A stretch of DNA of 56,336 nucleotides, counting the filler, from Dugesia japonica (taxonomy: Eukaryota), in the NCBI GenBank assembly GCA_001938525.1. It is 5 parts of 5 records of this genome, joined end to end, with 100 filler letters (N's around TTAATTAATTAA, not from the genome) between each part and the next. Parts side by side here need not be neighbours in the genome. Positions count along the whole stretch, not along the records: positions 33,266 to 44,593 come from MQRL01621554.1; positions 44,694 to 56,336 come from MQRL01606914.1; 3 more parts are not named here. The stretch is one strand, 5' to 3'. Both the position numbers and the translations under genes were made by a program. This document shows, one piece after another, positions 36,980-50,780 of the stretch. Position 1 is the stretch's first letter. Every line of letters begins with the position of its first letter. The notes below the pieces were generated by a model. It made no database searches. It saw only the letters and a program-made list of their open reading frames with translations, and was not told the DNA's origin.

Positions 36980-38295
36980 AAAATTTTTCAATTATTGAAA
37001 TGTTGTAAGAGCGGTACCTAATCCGAACTGTATGCGATCGAAACAAAATTGTTCTATTTGTGTGCTGAAAGCTATTTTAAATTTTGACTTCTCAGTTAGT
37101 TAAATTTGTAAATACGCCTATCCTAGATCGATTGATGAGCAAAACATAAAACTTTTTCGTGTATCCAAAAACAAAATTATATCTGGAATAGGAAATGAAT
37201 TTACCTAATTTAATTTTCTAAAATCAATGCACATTCTAAGAGAACCATCGTTTTTTGAAACAATCACTTGTGAAGAGCTCCATGAACTTTCAACAAGATT
37301 TTATGATATTTGCTGATAATATAGACTTTGCATCAATTCGTATATCTTGCCTGCTAAATGCATTGGTTGTCTTCTTGAATTTATCAATACGGGTTCTCCT
37401 TTAGTTTCTATGTTATACATTATCATTTTTGTTAAACATACATCAAATTTTGAATTCATAAATATGTGGTCATATCATTAATCTTATTTTCATCTCTCCA
37501 TCAATATTTGTCATATTTAGCTGCTATAACTTCATTGTGATCTTCTTAGGTTTTACATGGCTATGAATATTCATAATATTTATTTTTAATTGTTCTACAT
37601 ATTTATCAGAATTTTTAATGATTTTTGTTTCCCTTCTTCCAACATTCCACACATTGATTCTAGGTTTCCGCCCAAATAATATTTCATACGAAGTGTACTT
37701 AGTAATTTTTTGTGTTGTTGTTTGTACGCCATTTTCTATTATTGGTAGCACCGTGCTCCAATCTTGAATCTACTTGTCTACTAATATTGCACTAATCATA
37801 GGTTTGGTGGTTCTAAATAATCTTTCTACTTATCCGTTTCCATGAGGATAATGAGATGAAAATGTTTTCACGATTCCCAATTGCTTCAAATATTTCTGAA
37901 ATGTACCTGAACTAAAATTACTAAAACAATATGAGTGAATTCTACTAGGTATTCAAAACTTGGATATCCAATGTATCCAAGGAGCTTCTGATAAATCTTA
38001 AGTGGTTATTGTTGGCAATGAAATTAAAAATATAAACTTTGAAAAAATACACAACTCCAAAAATATATTTATAACCATATTGCGTTGATTTAAATGGTCC
38101 TGTAATATCTATTGTAATACTTCGAAATGATTCTTTTTTGGATATATTCTGTAATGGTGCTTTAATTCTTCCATTAATATATTTTTATGTGCATTTTAAT
38201 ATTTAGATTTTGATAGTGTTTCTCTTATGTTTTGGTCTATACACGGCCAACTCTTGTTAGTTTCTCTACACCTGGATGCCCCAATAAATTTTGAT
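36980..38295 (-). mobile_element. Degraded Gypsy-type pol fragment with integrase upstream of reverse transcriptase
   Basis: Minus strand, in order: GHPGVEK, APLQ, TIDITGPF, NG*VERLFRT, YEILFGRKPR (integrase, ~38295-37620), then NIETKGEP, SSWSS, KNDGSLRMCIDFRKLN, FPIP, SSIDL (RT, ~37450-36980). Confidence 0.8.
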
Positions 38296-38670
38296 ATTTC
38301 CAAAGGAAATAATCTCTTTTATGTCGTGCCATAACATAGATCCTCTTTATACTATAATGAAACGATAGCGTATATCTTGAAATTGTTGGTAAACTCACTA
38401 TAACATTATAAGTTTCAAGAATTTNGGATTTTAATTCGTTTAGAGTCAATGAACAATTATTGTCTAGTTCTACCCGTATAAACTTTTTTCCTTTTCATTC
38501 TTAATTTTCTGCATTATATTGTCTGTAATTTCTTCTACTATTCTTTGTTTCTCAGTGAAGTGATACTGAATGATGTCTGAGTGATATTTTTTCAACCTAC
38601 TTCATTTTGATTTAACTCTTCTACATATCCGAGTATTGCTTCGGTATGTTGTGTTTTATACCCTCCTTGC
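38295..38670 (-). mobile_element. IS630/Tc1-like transposase N-terminal (HTH) fragment
   Basis: NCSLTLNELKS.ILETYNVIVSLPTISR..SFHYSIKRI resembles the second HTH of Tc1/IS630-like transposases. Confidence 0.5.
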
Positions 38671-38759
38671 AAAATGTGTTTTAATAAAACTAATTAATTT
38701 GTGTAGATTTTAAATAAATTTTAGTAAACTCAAGTTTCCTTATTTAATTACAATAACAT

Positions 38760-41700
38760 AGCGTCACGATCATTGCTAGAGGATCTTATCAACTGGTTAA
38801 ATGAAAAAAAGATGTTTTCGAAGAAATTTACAATAAGAGAAAATATTTCAAATCATATTACCGAATTCGAAAAATTTGCCGAAAAACAAAAATTTGGGAT
38901 CCAACACAACGCTCAGAGAAGTTATTGAAAAGTTTAGAAGAAGAAGCATTTTTTGAACTCCAATCAATTCCAGAGTTTAAATCTAATAAATCGAATGATG
39001 AATGGTTGAAAACAAAGTTATTTGAATTATATCAAATTAAGTCAACCAAGGTAATTAATATTTTATCCTTGAAGCAGGAAGATATGACTCTTAGACAGTA
39101 TATAATGATTATAATGATTATATATGCCAGATTATAATGAATATTTTAAAGAAAAGACTCTCTTATCAATATTTCTGAAAGGGTTAAATAATCGTTTGGC
39201 AGCCAGAGCCACGGAAATTATGAAACAAAGCACTCTGGAAGAAGCTTTAATTTTATGAAAAAGGAAGATAAAAATCGACATAATGATAAATTGCGAATTA
39301 TTAGCAATGATGTTAATACAGAAAAATGGCAAAAAATTAAAACGAAAAATTATTGAGCTTGAAAATCGTATAGAGTATTTATAAAGAAACCATGCAACAG
39401 ATTATCCAAAGGATGCAGTTCAAAGGTTCAAACAAGAATTAAAATGTTATAATTGTAACGGGAAATGTCATATTTCTCGAAATTGTAACAAACTATTGCT
39501 TTGCAGGAACTGTAACAAATCTGGACATATAACTCGATTTCGTCAAGCAGCAAAAAGATCTAATAATCAGAAAGAAGCTTTTCGAAGACTAGAAAAAGCA
39601 AATGACAATTCTAATATTGGATATGATGAAGCCAGTTGTGATTATAAAAAGGAATCTGAAGATAATGAATTTTTCAAAATNNNNNNNNNNNNNNNGAAAC
39701 AAAACGAAATATCAACTACTCAGACGATATTATTAAGTTAGATGAATATATTCGAGGTTCAAGACACAAATCTCCAATTCATAAAGGACAAAGAACAATG
39801 ATATCAGATACAAAAATTGAACCCACAGCAAACAAACCAATAATCAAATGCAAAGTAGAACAAGAAGAAGAGAAAATCTTTATAGATTATGGAGCAGAGT
39901 CCAGCATCATGGATTTCAAACTATTTCATATGATCATAGAAAAAGAAATCATCAAGCTGCTTCGATCAAACAAGACCTTAACATGTGCAAACAGCTCACC
40001 AATTAAGGTAATTGGTTATTGTTTTATAAAAATGACTATAGGAAATAAAACTAATAGAATTAGAATTATTATTGTAGATAAATTTTTCCCAAAAGTCATA
40101 ATAGGAATAAGAGATATGAAAAAAATGAACATTTCGATTTTACCAAAACTAGACTGTGTAACTGTAGAGGAAATAAAAGTACCTTTCATGTCCAAAATAA
40201 GAGAGTTAGCGGAAAACTAAAGAGCACTGTATCCGAGGGTTCAGATAATAGTGCTAGAAGTATGAAGGGGGCTCAAATGTGTACAGTAAGAGTTATATTA
40301 GAAAATACAGTTACAATTTTGAGAAAAGAAGAGCTAACTGCTTTAGCGAGTGTAGAAAGCAATATTTTTTGTTTGAAAGAAGTTTTATTTAGTCATTATA
40401 AAGACAAGTTAGCAAATATAGGGGTTTTAGCTGCGAAAAATGTGTCTTATGTTAGAGAAACTGGTAAAATCCCAGAAAGAATAATTAACTTAAAAAATAA
40501 AGATATTACAATGTTTATAAATACGAGATTAGGCTGTATTGAGATTGTAGATGATACAAAGGATAACATTAGAAATTATAATAGAATATATCAAGATACC
40601 GGGATGAGGCATATTCAATGCATAATGGATACGATTTTGAACAGACCTTCAGTTGATATCGATAAAAAAGCGACAAATACTGTAATAAAGATAATTACAA
40701 AATTTAAAGATATATTTAGGTAATTATGATATCGGACATTGTCCACTTTTAAAACACGAAATAGATGTTATTAATCCTTAACCTATTGCTCAAACATTAC
40801 GAAGAGCTCCCTTTCATTTAGAGAGTAAAATCGACGAGATGATCAAAGAGCTTGAACAAAACTGAATCATATGCGAGAGTTCAAGACCGTGGTCTTCACC
40901 TATTGTGGTTGTTCAAAAGAAATCTGGAGACATTAGACTATCTATAGACTATAAGAAATTAAACTCAGTTACTAATAGACCTATACATTCTATTCCAGAT
41001 AACTAACAGTTCTTCGATTCACTTGTGGAATCAAGATTCTTTAGTGCACTTGATTTATCTAGTGGTTATTACAATATAGAAATAAAGGACAAAGACAGAG
41101 AAAAAACAGCTTTTGCTACACAAAAAAGGTCAGTATAAATTTATTTGCATGCCTTTTGGACTGTGCGGAGCACCAGAAACTTTTCAAAGATTAATGCATT
41201 TAGTTCCCAAAGAAGAAAATTTTGATAAATGCTTCATATATCTCGATGATATTTTGATTTTCAGATAAAGCATAGAGGAACACAATGAAAGACTGAAAAT
41301 GGTATTAGAGAAGATATGGCAGTCAGGAGTTAAGTTATCTTCAAAGAAATGCGTTTTTTTGAAAACTTCAGTTAAATATTTGGGTCAAGCGAAGGAGTAA
41401 CAACTGATCCAGAAAAAATTAATGCAGTAAAGAATTGTAGTATTCCTAAGACAAATGAAGAATTATCAAGTTTTTTAGGGTTTTGCAATTATTACAGAAG
41501 TTTTATTTGGGGATATGCCAAAATCTTTAAACCTCTAGAAGTTTTGTAAAGAGATGCGAACATCACGAAAAACGGAAAAGGGTAGATTTAACATGGAAGA
41601 ATTTCATAAGGAATCTTTTGAAAGTCTGAAATATGCTCTCACAAGTGCACCAGTTTTATCCTTTTCAAATAGGGATGATATTTTCTGATTGGATACAGAT

Positions 41701-42320
41701 GCTAGTTTAATTGAAGCAGTTTTAAGTTAAATTCAAGATAACGAAGAAAAGGTAATATGCTATGGATCTAAAAAGTTTTGGAAATCAGAAAACAAGTATT
41801 GTATAACCAGGAAAAAACTCATTTCAGTTTATTACTTTGTGAAGAAATGCAAGCATTATTTATTGAGGAAGAAATTTATTATTCGTACAGATCATAAGAG
41901 TTTAACATTGATGTTGAATTAGAAAAGACCAAATACATCACAGTACTGCTCCTGGATTGATGAACTAAGTGTGTATGATTTTGAAATTCACCATCGAAAA
42001 GGACAATTACATGCAAACGCACTTTCCAGAGAATTCCAGTGCGAACAATGTTAAATAAAACATGTCGACCCAAAATCTAAACAAAATGCCAAAGTGTCAA
42101 AGTCCAACAAAAGCGAATCAGATGATGAAGGTTATCGANAAATTAATGAATTAAAAGATACCCATAAAGAGTATAATGAAAAGAAAATCAATGACATTTT
42201 AAAATATTTTCTCGATCGATTAGGTCATCTAAGCGCTTAACAAACTTTGACTAATATTAAGAGATATCATGAATGGATAGATATGGGAAAAGATACGGAG
42301 AAGTTTGTGGCAAATAGTCG
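38760..42320 (+). mobile_element. Degraded Ty3/Gypsy retrotransposon (gag-PR, RT, RNase H, truncated integrase)
   Basis: PBS-like tagcgtcacga follows ...aaca. Zinc knuckles CYNCNGKCHISRNC and CRNCNKSGHITRF; protease IFIDYGAESSI; RT WSSPIVVVQKKSGDIRL.IDYKKLN, MPFGL, YLDD; RNase H DTDAS and RTDHKSL. Ends in the integrase zinc finger. Confidence 0.92.
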
Positions 42321-42899
42321 AATGACACAGTTTATTAGGGTAAGTTTGCATATTTTTTAGCCCTTTTTTTAGTAATATTTGTTCAGATTTGTCTTTCCAT
42401 TGGCTGCCTTTCGACTAAAATTTACAATAATTTCACACAAATTCTTGTAAGTATCCAGGAAAAAGGTAAATTTTTGTATAATCTAATTATTTGTTGAGTA
42501 ATTTATTTTGTTTTATAGGATATATGTAGTATTTCATTCGCTCCTGGGGGAATTTATCAGATATTCCAAAACCATTCCAACGATTGAGTGATATTTGTTT
42601 TTTTTTATTTATTTGCATTTTTCAATAAAGGTTTTTATTATTATGTTTTGGTTTTTTTTGTTTTAAACTTGTACTTTGCTTATTTCTCTATTTTATTGGT
42701 TTTTCTTTGATGAACAAATTAGTTGGGTTTTGTCGCAATAATNNNNNNNNNNNNNNNNNNNNNNNNNNNNNNNNNNNNNNNNNNNNNNNNNNNNNNNNNN
42801 NNNNNNNNNNNNNNNNNNNNNNNNNNNNNNNNNNNNNNNNNNNNNNNNNNNNNNNNNNNNNNNNNNNNNNNNNNNNNNNNATAAAAGTTTTTTTAAGAG

Positions 42900-44593
42900 T
42901 ATGATTTGTATTATTAAAACAAAATTGACTGTTTAAATAATCACTTTTATCTAATTTTCTTATCCACCGAAATTTAAAACTCGTTTTAGCTATTTAATCC
43001 AACTTTACTTTGGCATGTCTAGAAAAATCAGTCAAAGCTTGATGCAGACTTTATAACTTTATAATCGTATACGAACCTTCATATATGTCTTTAAATTTAA
43101 GAAAATTACAGGGTTCTTTTTGTAAAAGAACAGTTTTTCAAACTGTAAATTGCCTGTGACCATTTTTTATTTGATTCGTAAATTCTCATTTCCGCCGAAA
43201 CTTATTTCAGTTCTATTTTTGTTTCATTAACTTTTATCATTAATTTTATTTCAATTCCGTTTTAACACTATCAAAGTCCGTATTTTTTTTATTCACTTCA
43301 AGAAAATCAATCAATTTTACTTCTGTCATGAATCCTACACATAATTCCATCATATAAATTCTTACAATTACAATTATTGAGAGAATAAGTGTTTGACTTA
43401 ATCATTGATAATATTTTAGATTTCATTAAATTAAAAGCTTCAATCAAAATGCTATTTTTTAATATTTTTTATTTTTTATAATTTTTTAGTTGTTAGTATT
43501 TCAAATTTTCGACTTTTGTCTTTTTTAGGATATAAATGTTTTTATGCATTCCACTAATAAAATCAAGAGAAATATTTTTAGAAACCAAAGTTTCATTCAT
43601 CAAGTGTTTCTTTTCCAACACAATCTGTAAATANATCTTACCAATANATGGTTCATATTTTAAAGATAAAACTCCTCATAATCTAACTTCTGACTCCATC
43701 ATACTAAATGAACTATTTCAGATATAATTTTTACTAAGACTCAATTATTGAAGCTTCATAATCCCAATAAATTTCAATATTAAATTCATATCAATTTATA
43801 ATACTACATTGCAGTTCAACTATCTTTTGAAACCTTCTCAATTCTTCATCATACATTTCATCTCCATCTTTTCTATCTTTTTTATTAAAATAATTTATTG
43901 ACTCAACTCCACTAACAAGGTAGCTATAGGAAATTGGTAGGAGTTTGGTTCAATTTGACCATTGTCAATATCACGAACTTCATCTAAATTTCATCTCATT
44001 TATACTTTGTTCTTCATGACGAATGCATCCAATTCTTCTATTTTGATGGTTGCTGGGAACTAAATAACAATCTTTGAAATAATGACCATTTTGCCACAAA
44101 ACAAAAATCTANNNNNNNNNNNNNNNNNNNNNNNNNNNNNNNNNNNNNNNNNNNNNNNNNNNNNNNNNNNNNNNNNNNNNNNNNNNNNNNNNNNNNNNNN
44201 NNNNNNNNNNNNNNNNNNNNNNNNNNNNNNNNNNNNNNNNNNNNNNNNNNNNNNNNNNNNNNNNNNNNNNNNNNNNNNNNNNNNNNNNNNNNNNNNNNTA
44301 TTTGTCTTCCCTTAAGAACGTTGTTTATAATATTAGGGTTTATTAATTACTTGCGAATATGTTGGTTTCATATTGGACTTACCGATAAGACACTTATTTT
44401 TCTAAAAAGGTTGCAAGTCCTCTTCATCTTTCATTAGACATTGTTGAATCACGAGTAAAGAATTCACGTAGTTTTTCACCAGATAATCCTTGCAGAATAA
44501 ATGCTCTTGCAATTTCTTCTATTTATAATTTTTTTGAAATACGTTTATAATAATTTTCGTAATTCAAATGTCGAAATTTTTATATTTCATGCC
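42900..44593 (-). mobile_element. Very decayed LTR-retroelement remnants
   Basis: KFKDIYEGSYTIIK (~43060-43100) resembles the integrase GPY/F module; gag-like RAFILQGLSGEKLREFF near 44470-44510. Confidence 0.35.
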
Positions 44594-44693
44594 NNNNNNN
44601 NNNNNNNNNNNNNNNNNNNNNNNNNNNNNNNNNNNNNTTAATTAATTAANNNNNNNNNNNNNNNNNNNNNNNNNNNNNNNNNNNNNNNNNNNN
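44594..44693. other. Artificial contig-joining spacer
   Basis: 44 N + TTAATTAATTAA + 44 N. Confidence 0.93.
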
Positions 44694-47111
44694 AGTATTT
44701 AAATCCCAGTTTGAGGGTTGTGCGTGATATATTTTTTGAGCCATATCACCCATGACCCCAACAATAAGATTTATCGTTAAAATATAGGTTAAAGGGAAAA
44801 CAGGGGTTTAACAAGAAAAATATGGATTTTATAATGGAATTGTTGGTTTATCACTAAATATAAGACCATTAAGGCAGATATATTGAATAAAAAAATTGTT
44901 GTAAGTAACTACATTATATTTTATTGATATTTATTACTTAGAACAACATATTGACAAATAAATAATACTTATTCAACTATTTATAATCAAAGTTTGGTTT
45001 TACATCATTCTTTAATTTGTTTCATCATAGTAAGTTAGAAAAATGAACAAGAGTGGGAGGAAGCTAATACTAATGATGACAAGAAAGAGTGATATAGTAT
45101 TATCAAATTTACATGAAGTCAAATAATTTTATCTGAAATTTACTCAAACTTTTAAAACATTGTTGAAAATTTACTAGTCAAAATTTTTAAGAACTTTTTT
45201 AAAATCATAAAATCATCCTATGCAAAAGAGAGTAAAATTATTTCTAAAATTTACTAAAATTTACTTAAAATCATTGAAACTTTACATGAACTTTTTTAAA
45301 AATAGTCAAAATTCTACAATCCTTTTAATCATCATTGAAAGTTTCCATAAACCTTTCTAAAGCTGGTTAAAACTTACATAAAAGTTTCTGTAATAATGAC
45401 TCTAATACTCACAATTGACTATATACAATCTATCAATTATTAAATCAATTAACTGTACTTTAAGTGCACTATCAATCAAATCAAATAATTCAGTCAATCA
45501 TTCACATATGTTCCACTTAATATAATAAAATTTTTTGAAAATATAGGTTCATTCCAACTAATGTGAATTATTCACCTAACTATCAATAATATTCTCTATC
45601 ATTAAGTCTTATCATATACAATACTCACTATCAATAAGAATAATGCTTAAAATTATCAAGTCTTATTATATAAACAGTACAATATTCTCTTTTATCATGT
45701 CTTAGTACATAATACTCGCTATCAACAGCTCTGAGCATATAGAATACTCGCTAACATCAAGTATTATCATATACAATACTCGCAATCGTCATTTACTTAT
45801 TGATTATTAGTATAATGGCCTAATCTATTCATCGCTTATTCTTATAGTCAGGTCTAACCTTCACACTGAATAAATCTACCTTGTAACCAAATACCGTTTA
45901 ATTATTCACATATTTCCCTCTTAATATATATTACTCTTTTGTAAACCAACCTTCTAATCAATCAATTTACCCATTAATTATCTGTTTGTAACATCTAAAT
46001 TTATTCAAACATTAAAATTCCAACCAATTATTCAGAAACCTATTATAAACGTTTCAAATTAATTACTTAAATCCTGAAATAGAAATTGTATTCAAGCAAA
46101 GTAAAATAATTTATGCAAAAATTTGAAGTTTTAAAATAATTCAAACAGTACATTTACTATTAGTGAACAGTAAAGATCATAAAATAGTGTATTAAAACAT
46201 TGATGACTAGAGACTTGTGTACAGTGCCCGAGTATTGATGTCTGAGAGCCAGTGTTCAATGCAGAAAGTATTAATGATTGAAATCCAGTGCACAGTGACC
46301 AGAGCTTTGATGAGTGAGCACTAGTAAACCGAGCTTTGATAACTAAGAATTCATGAGATGTGAAAGAAGATCAATAAAGAGTAAATTATCACATAAAGGA
46401 GTTAAAACACAATTAAAAAGTAGACAGGATTGGATATTAATTTGGCTAAGAGCATCTAATGTTAACATTAATACTGTCCGGAATCAGCAATTATTTAATT
46501 GTACTAGAAAATCACCTATATGAAGTACTTGAATTTTGATTTATTTTATTAAAAATAAAGTTTGGCAATTATTATACTAATATTAATGAACTTTATGTTT
46601 GTTTAATCGCATCAAATTAATCATTTTATATGAACACGTTTTATTTCGTCATAATTATAAAATTCAGATAAACAATAAGTGAATTCTTTAATTTTTAAAT
46701 AGATTATAATTTTAATGTTTAGAAAAATGAAATATTCAACCAAATGTTACGATAAATATTGAAAATAATTGTATGATGGGAATTAAATCTGATTAAATTA
46801 CTTTAATTTAAAATTTTAATAGATTTTTGTAATATGTTACTCATGATTTTAATTTGGATTTAGAATCAAATAATATGAATGATGTATATATTTTAATTTA
46901 AACTTTAAAATTAATAGTTACTTATATTAACATTTTTAATAAATCTAATTTAAATTCATTGTATGCAATATATATCAACTTTTCAAATTTCAAAATTGAA
47001 TTTGATTGGGTTTAGAAATTACAAATACAAAATATAGACTAACTTTTAAATGTGTAAATAATCTTTAGGTAATTTAGAAGTTTAATTGAAGTTTAAAAAT
47101 CACTCCAATTT

Positions 47112-47437
47112 ATCCTATAACATAAAATTTCATCGATGAAATTAATCTTAGGACATAAATTGTGTGCAAATGATTTTCATAACTAAATGCACATATAAGT
47201 AGATGGATAGTGGCGGAGAACCACAGCACATATATAAACCCCCCTTCTCGCTAACGTAATGAAATTTAATCCTAATGCATTTCGCTGGTAATTTAAAAAT
47301 CGCATCATTAATTGCATCATTAGGTGATATTATGTCAGTAAGGTTGTTTTCCATGTTTATATAGTTGTGAAAATTGTTTGCACAAAAATTATGTCATGAG
47401 ATTAATTTCATCGATGAAATTTTAAGTATTAGGATTA
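47112..47437. repeat. ~325-bp foldback/MITE-like unit with ~75-bp inverted arms
   Basis: Left arm atcctataacataaaatttcatcgatgaaattaatct..acataaattgtgtgcaaa..ttttcataacta is mirrored by right arm tagttgtgaaaa..tttgcacaaaaattatgt..agattaatttcatcgatgaaattttaagtattaggat. Confidence 0.75.
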
Positions 47438-49329
47438 AGAGAGGTTATGTTTTCCTGTGATAATTTTTAAGAAAAAATTATCAGAAAAAAACTTTGATTA
47501 TAGTTAATTTGAGGGAATTACTGCGTATTTTTAGTATATTCTACTAGTTTTCAATGATTTTAGTTAAATAATTTACTCAATTGGATCAAATTGGATCAAA
47601 CTTTAGTCAATTATGGTTTATTTATTAAGGAATTTCTTAGTTATAATCTATTTGTTAAGGAATGTCATTGGAAATTGTCAAATCTAAATTTCAACAATAA
47701 TTTAGTCGCTTCCATTGAATTTTAACATTTATAGTTATAAGATGATAAATAAATTATAAATTAATTAATAAATGATAAATTATTTCCATACATTGAATTT
47801 CATAACAGTTTGTTTTCTTTCCATACGTTACATTACCTCACCAGGTTAGTACAGTCGAGCTATTATTCTAACTGTTTACATCGAGTCTCAAATTATTAAC
47901 GCTAAAGACCTTTAGCTTCCAATCGAGTCTGTCCATATATGAACTTGCCGATTAGCAATGATTCCAAACATTCACATGTGGTTATGAATGTACACTGCTA
48001 CAATTATTTAAAAAAATTCAGTCATCATCGTAAATTATTGACTAGACTCGGATCCCAAAATGATATGAAAATTTCAACTCACTATTATCAATTCCAATGT
48101 ATTAAATTACATTAAAATAACAAATAAAGGCAATAATAAAATATTAATAATTAAAATAATAATAATAATATTCATGATAATATAAATAATATTTAAAATA
48201 ATATTTCGTCAAAGGAAAATTTTAAAACAAATATAAATTAAAAAAGAAGAATAATAATAATGAAAAAATTTTAAATAATTAAATTCTGGAAATTTAAAAT
48301 GTCTGACTATTTAAATAAAGAAAATACAAATTAAAAATGTCTGTCTATTTAAGAAAATTCTAGAATATAAAACATTTTTGTATAAATTAATTTAAATTAA
48401 AAAATTGAGGTATAATTAATAATTCTTTTAATCATAAATCAAAAGAAAAAATATTTGGTCAATAATAATAATAATAATAAGTCATCAATACTAATTTAAA
48501 GAATAATAATTGAATTAATAATAATAATAATCAAAATCTTAAATTTTTTTTTGATCGGATCATATTTTTATCCTGATTGTGTATGTGTATTTTTAAATTT
48601 TAAAATTTGCGTGTGTTTGGGTTGTTAAGGTGGTTTTTAAAAAGTAGATCAAGTTGAGTTTGTGTGTGTGTTAGAAGGAATTTAGACTCGACGTGGAGCT
48701 GGAGATCTTGGAGATAATTTTTTTGGAGTTTTTAAGATTTGGTAATTGCTGGACAAAGGTTCGGTCTATATATTGTCTATAAGACTTATGGAGTTGGATG
48801 GATGGTTTGTCTTAGAAGTTTAGTAGCGCACGGTCACAGTAGTATGAGTTATCGTGTGGTGAATTTTTGGGGGGTTGTAGGTTTGTTGTGGGTGATTGTA
48901 TTTTGTTGGATGATGGTTTGTTGGAGAAGTAATGTGCTAGAGAATATTTTGGATGTCGATTGTGACGTAATTTCTGATTGGTTGTTTTTGAATTTGTTTA
49001 GTTGATATTTGTAAGTAGTATAAAAGTGTTAAAAAAATTTCAGAAGGGGGAGAGTGTTATGTGTGAAAAGAAAATTAATTATCAAATTTTATTAGATTTA
49101 TTTGAAATGTTTCTGTCAGGTGATTCTGTAGAAATAATCTTTTGAAATCTTTATTTTGGTTAAAAATGCTGTATTTTGCTTAAAATTATGAATTTGATGA
49201 AAGTAATGGTATTTTCGTTAAAATGATATATTTTTGAGTATTTTTGAACTGGGAAGGGTTGTTTTTAATATTTTTTGAACCGTGAAGAAGGGAATCTTGA
49301 TGATTTTTTTTGGCGGGAATTTTAAAAAT

Positions 49330-50090
49330 TTATTTTTGCATGGGAAATTTAAATATTTTTGATCAGACTTTATATTTATGTTTGAGATTAAGCAGTCTCT
49401 ATATCTACCATGGGATGAGGGGAGTTTCTATATTTTGCATGTTATTTATGCATGGTATGAGCAGTCTCTATAATATATTACAAGATATTGGACAGTCTTG
49501 ATATTTTGCATAGGATGGAACAAACTTGATATTTTGCAGTAAATGAATCAGTCTTCATATTTTTGTAAGAGATTGGACAGTCTTGATTGAAACATTATAA
49601 ATTATTTCTTAATATTTTACTTTAATAATGTCAATTTTGATATTTTTCTAAGAGATTGGTCAGTCGTGATTGAAGCATTATTGATTTTTTTTATATTTTA
49701 CTTTAAATGAGTCAGTCTTGATATTATTGCAGGATAATGGGTAGTCTTGATATCTTTAAGAGATGATTGTATTATTGATTTNNAAAAAAATATTTTTGCT
49801 TTATATGGGACAGTCTTGATATTTTGCAAAGGATGGTACAGTCTCAAATTTATAGACATGTGATTTTCAGTGTATGTGTGTTGCATTTTCATGGCATCGG
49901 CGTTGCATTTATTAAAAAAAATAAATAAAAATTTAAAATTTCAGCCATTTTGAGTTAAAAAAAATTTTTTTTGTGGGAAATTTATTAAAAATCTCAGACA
50001 CATAATTTTCAGTGTATGTGTGTGTTGCAATCGTGTGGCATTGGAGTTGTAAACCTATTTCATTTATTATTGAAAATTCTCAGGCACGTA
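49330..50090. repeat. Degenerate ~30-bp tandem repeats (cagtcttgatattttgca) and a duplicated gattttcagtgtatgtgtg block; related copy at 50960-51130
   Basis: The motif is visible repeatedly between 49360 and 49850 and again at 50965-51110. Confidence 0.6.
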
Positions 50091-50099
50091 ATAAATAAA

Positions 50100-50780
50100 A
50101 CTTCAAAGAGGAGAGTCTATTCGATATTTAAGTGATAAAACATATTTATCTAAACCTCAAAGAGGGAGTCTTTGTGGTATTTACATGATAAAATATATCT
50201 ATCAAAAAACTTCAAAGAGGAGAATCTTTGCGATATTTACATGATAAAACATATCTATTAAAAACATTTGATAGCGGGGAGTCTTTGTGATTTTTACGTG
50301 TTAAAATATAATTAGCTAGGTAATTGTTTCTAAAAACATATTAGTAGTGACAATTTTCAATAAAAATATCATAAGCGATGTAATGTTTAATAACAAATCT
50401 CATTAATGATGCAATTTTAAATAAAAAATCTCATTAGTGATGCAATTTTTCTACAAAAAACATATTAGTATTGCAATATTTTCATAAAACACATTAGTAG
50501 TGACAATTTATTTTATAAAAAACATATTAACTGATAGTTTTTCTTTACAAAATAATAAAAACAAAGAACATTTTTTCAAAGAAAAATCATAAATTCATGG
50601 AATCTTCACATATATAACTAATTAGTGTATATAAAAAAACTTATAAGTAAATATTTTGATATCTATAAAGGGATTATGAGTGTATAGAGTTGACGAGTAG
50701 ATACTGTTTCAAAAAAAGAAGCTTTAAGATTGATTGGAGGGTTTAAGAAGGAAGAGGTTAAAAGAAAGGAAGATGGTTTA
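50100..50780 (+). repeat. Left arm of an imperfect inverted repeat, with ~55-bp and ~30-bp tandem subrepeats
   Basis: cttcaaagagg..tct..g.gatattta units (about 4) and cattagt.(g/a)tg.caatt units. The arm from ~50190 is the reverse complement of ~55730-56230. Confidence 0.8.

Noticed and set aside
45580-46350. Inverted repeat pair defining a transposon
   Set aside because: Two short degenerate tandem arrays share only an aatactcg/cgagtatt core; no convincing termini or TSD.
48739-49005. 88-aa Val/Trp-rich ORF
   Set aside because: A product of strong G/T strand skew; no ATG start and no recognisable motif.
50100-50520. CRISPR-like array of regularly spaced repeats
   Set aside because: The units are degenerate tandem repeats without unique spacers, there are no cas genes, and the context is eukaryotic. 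They are part of the inverted-repeat arm.
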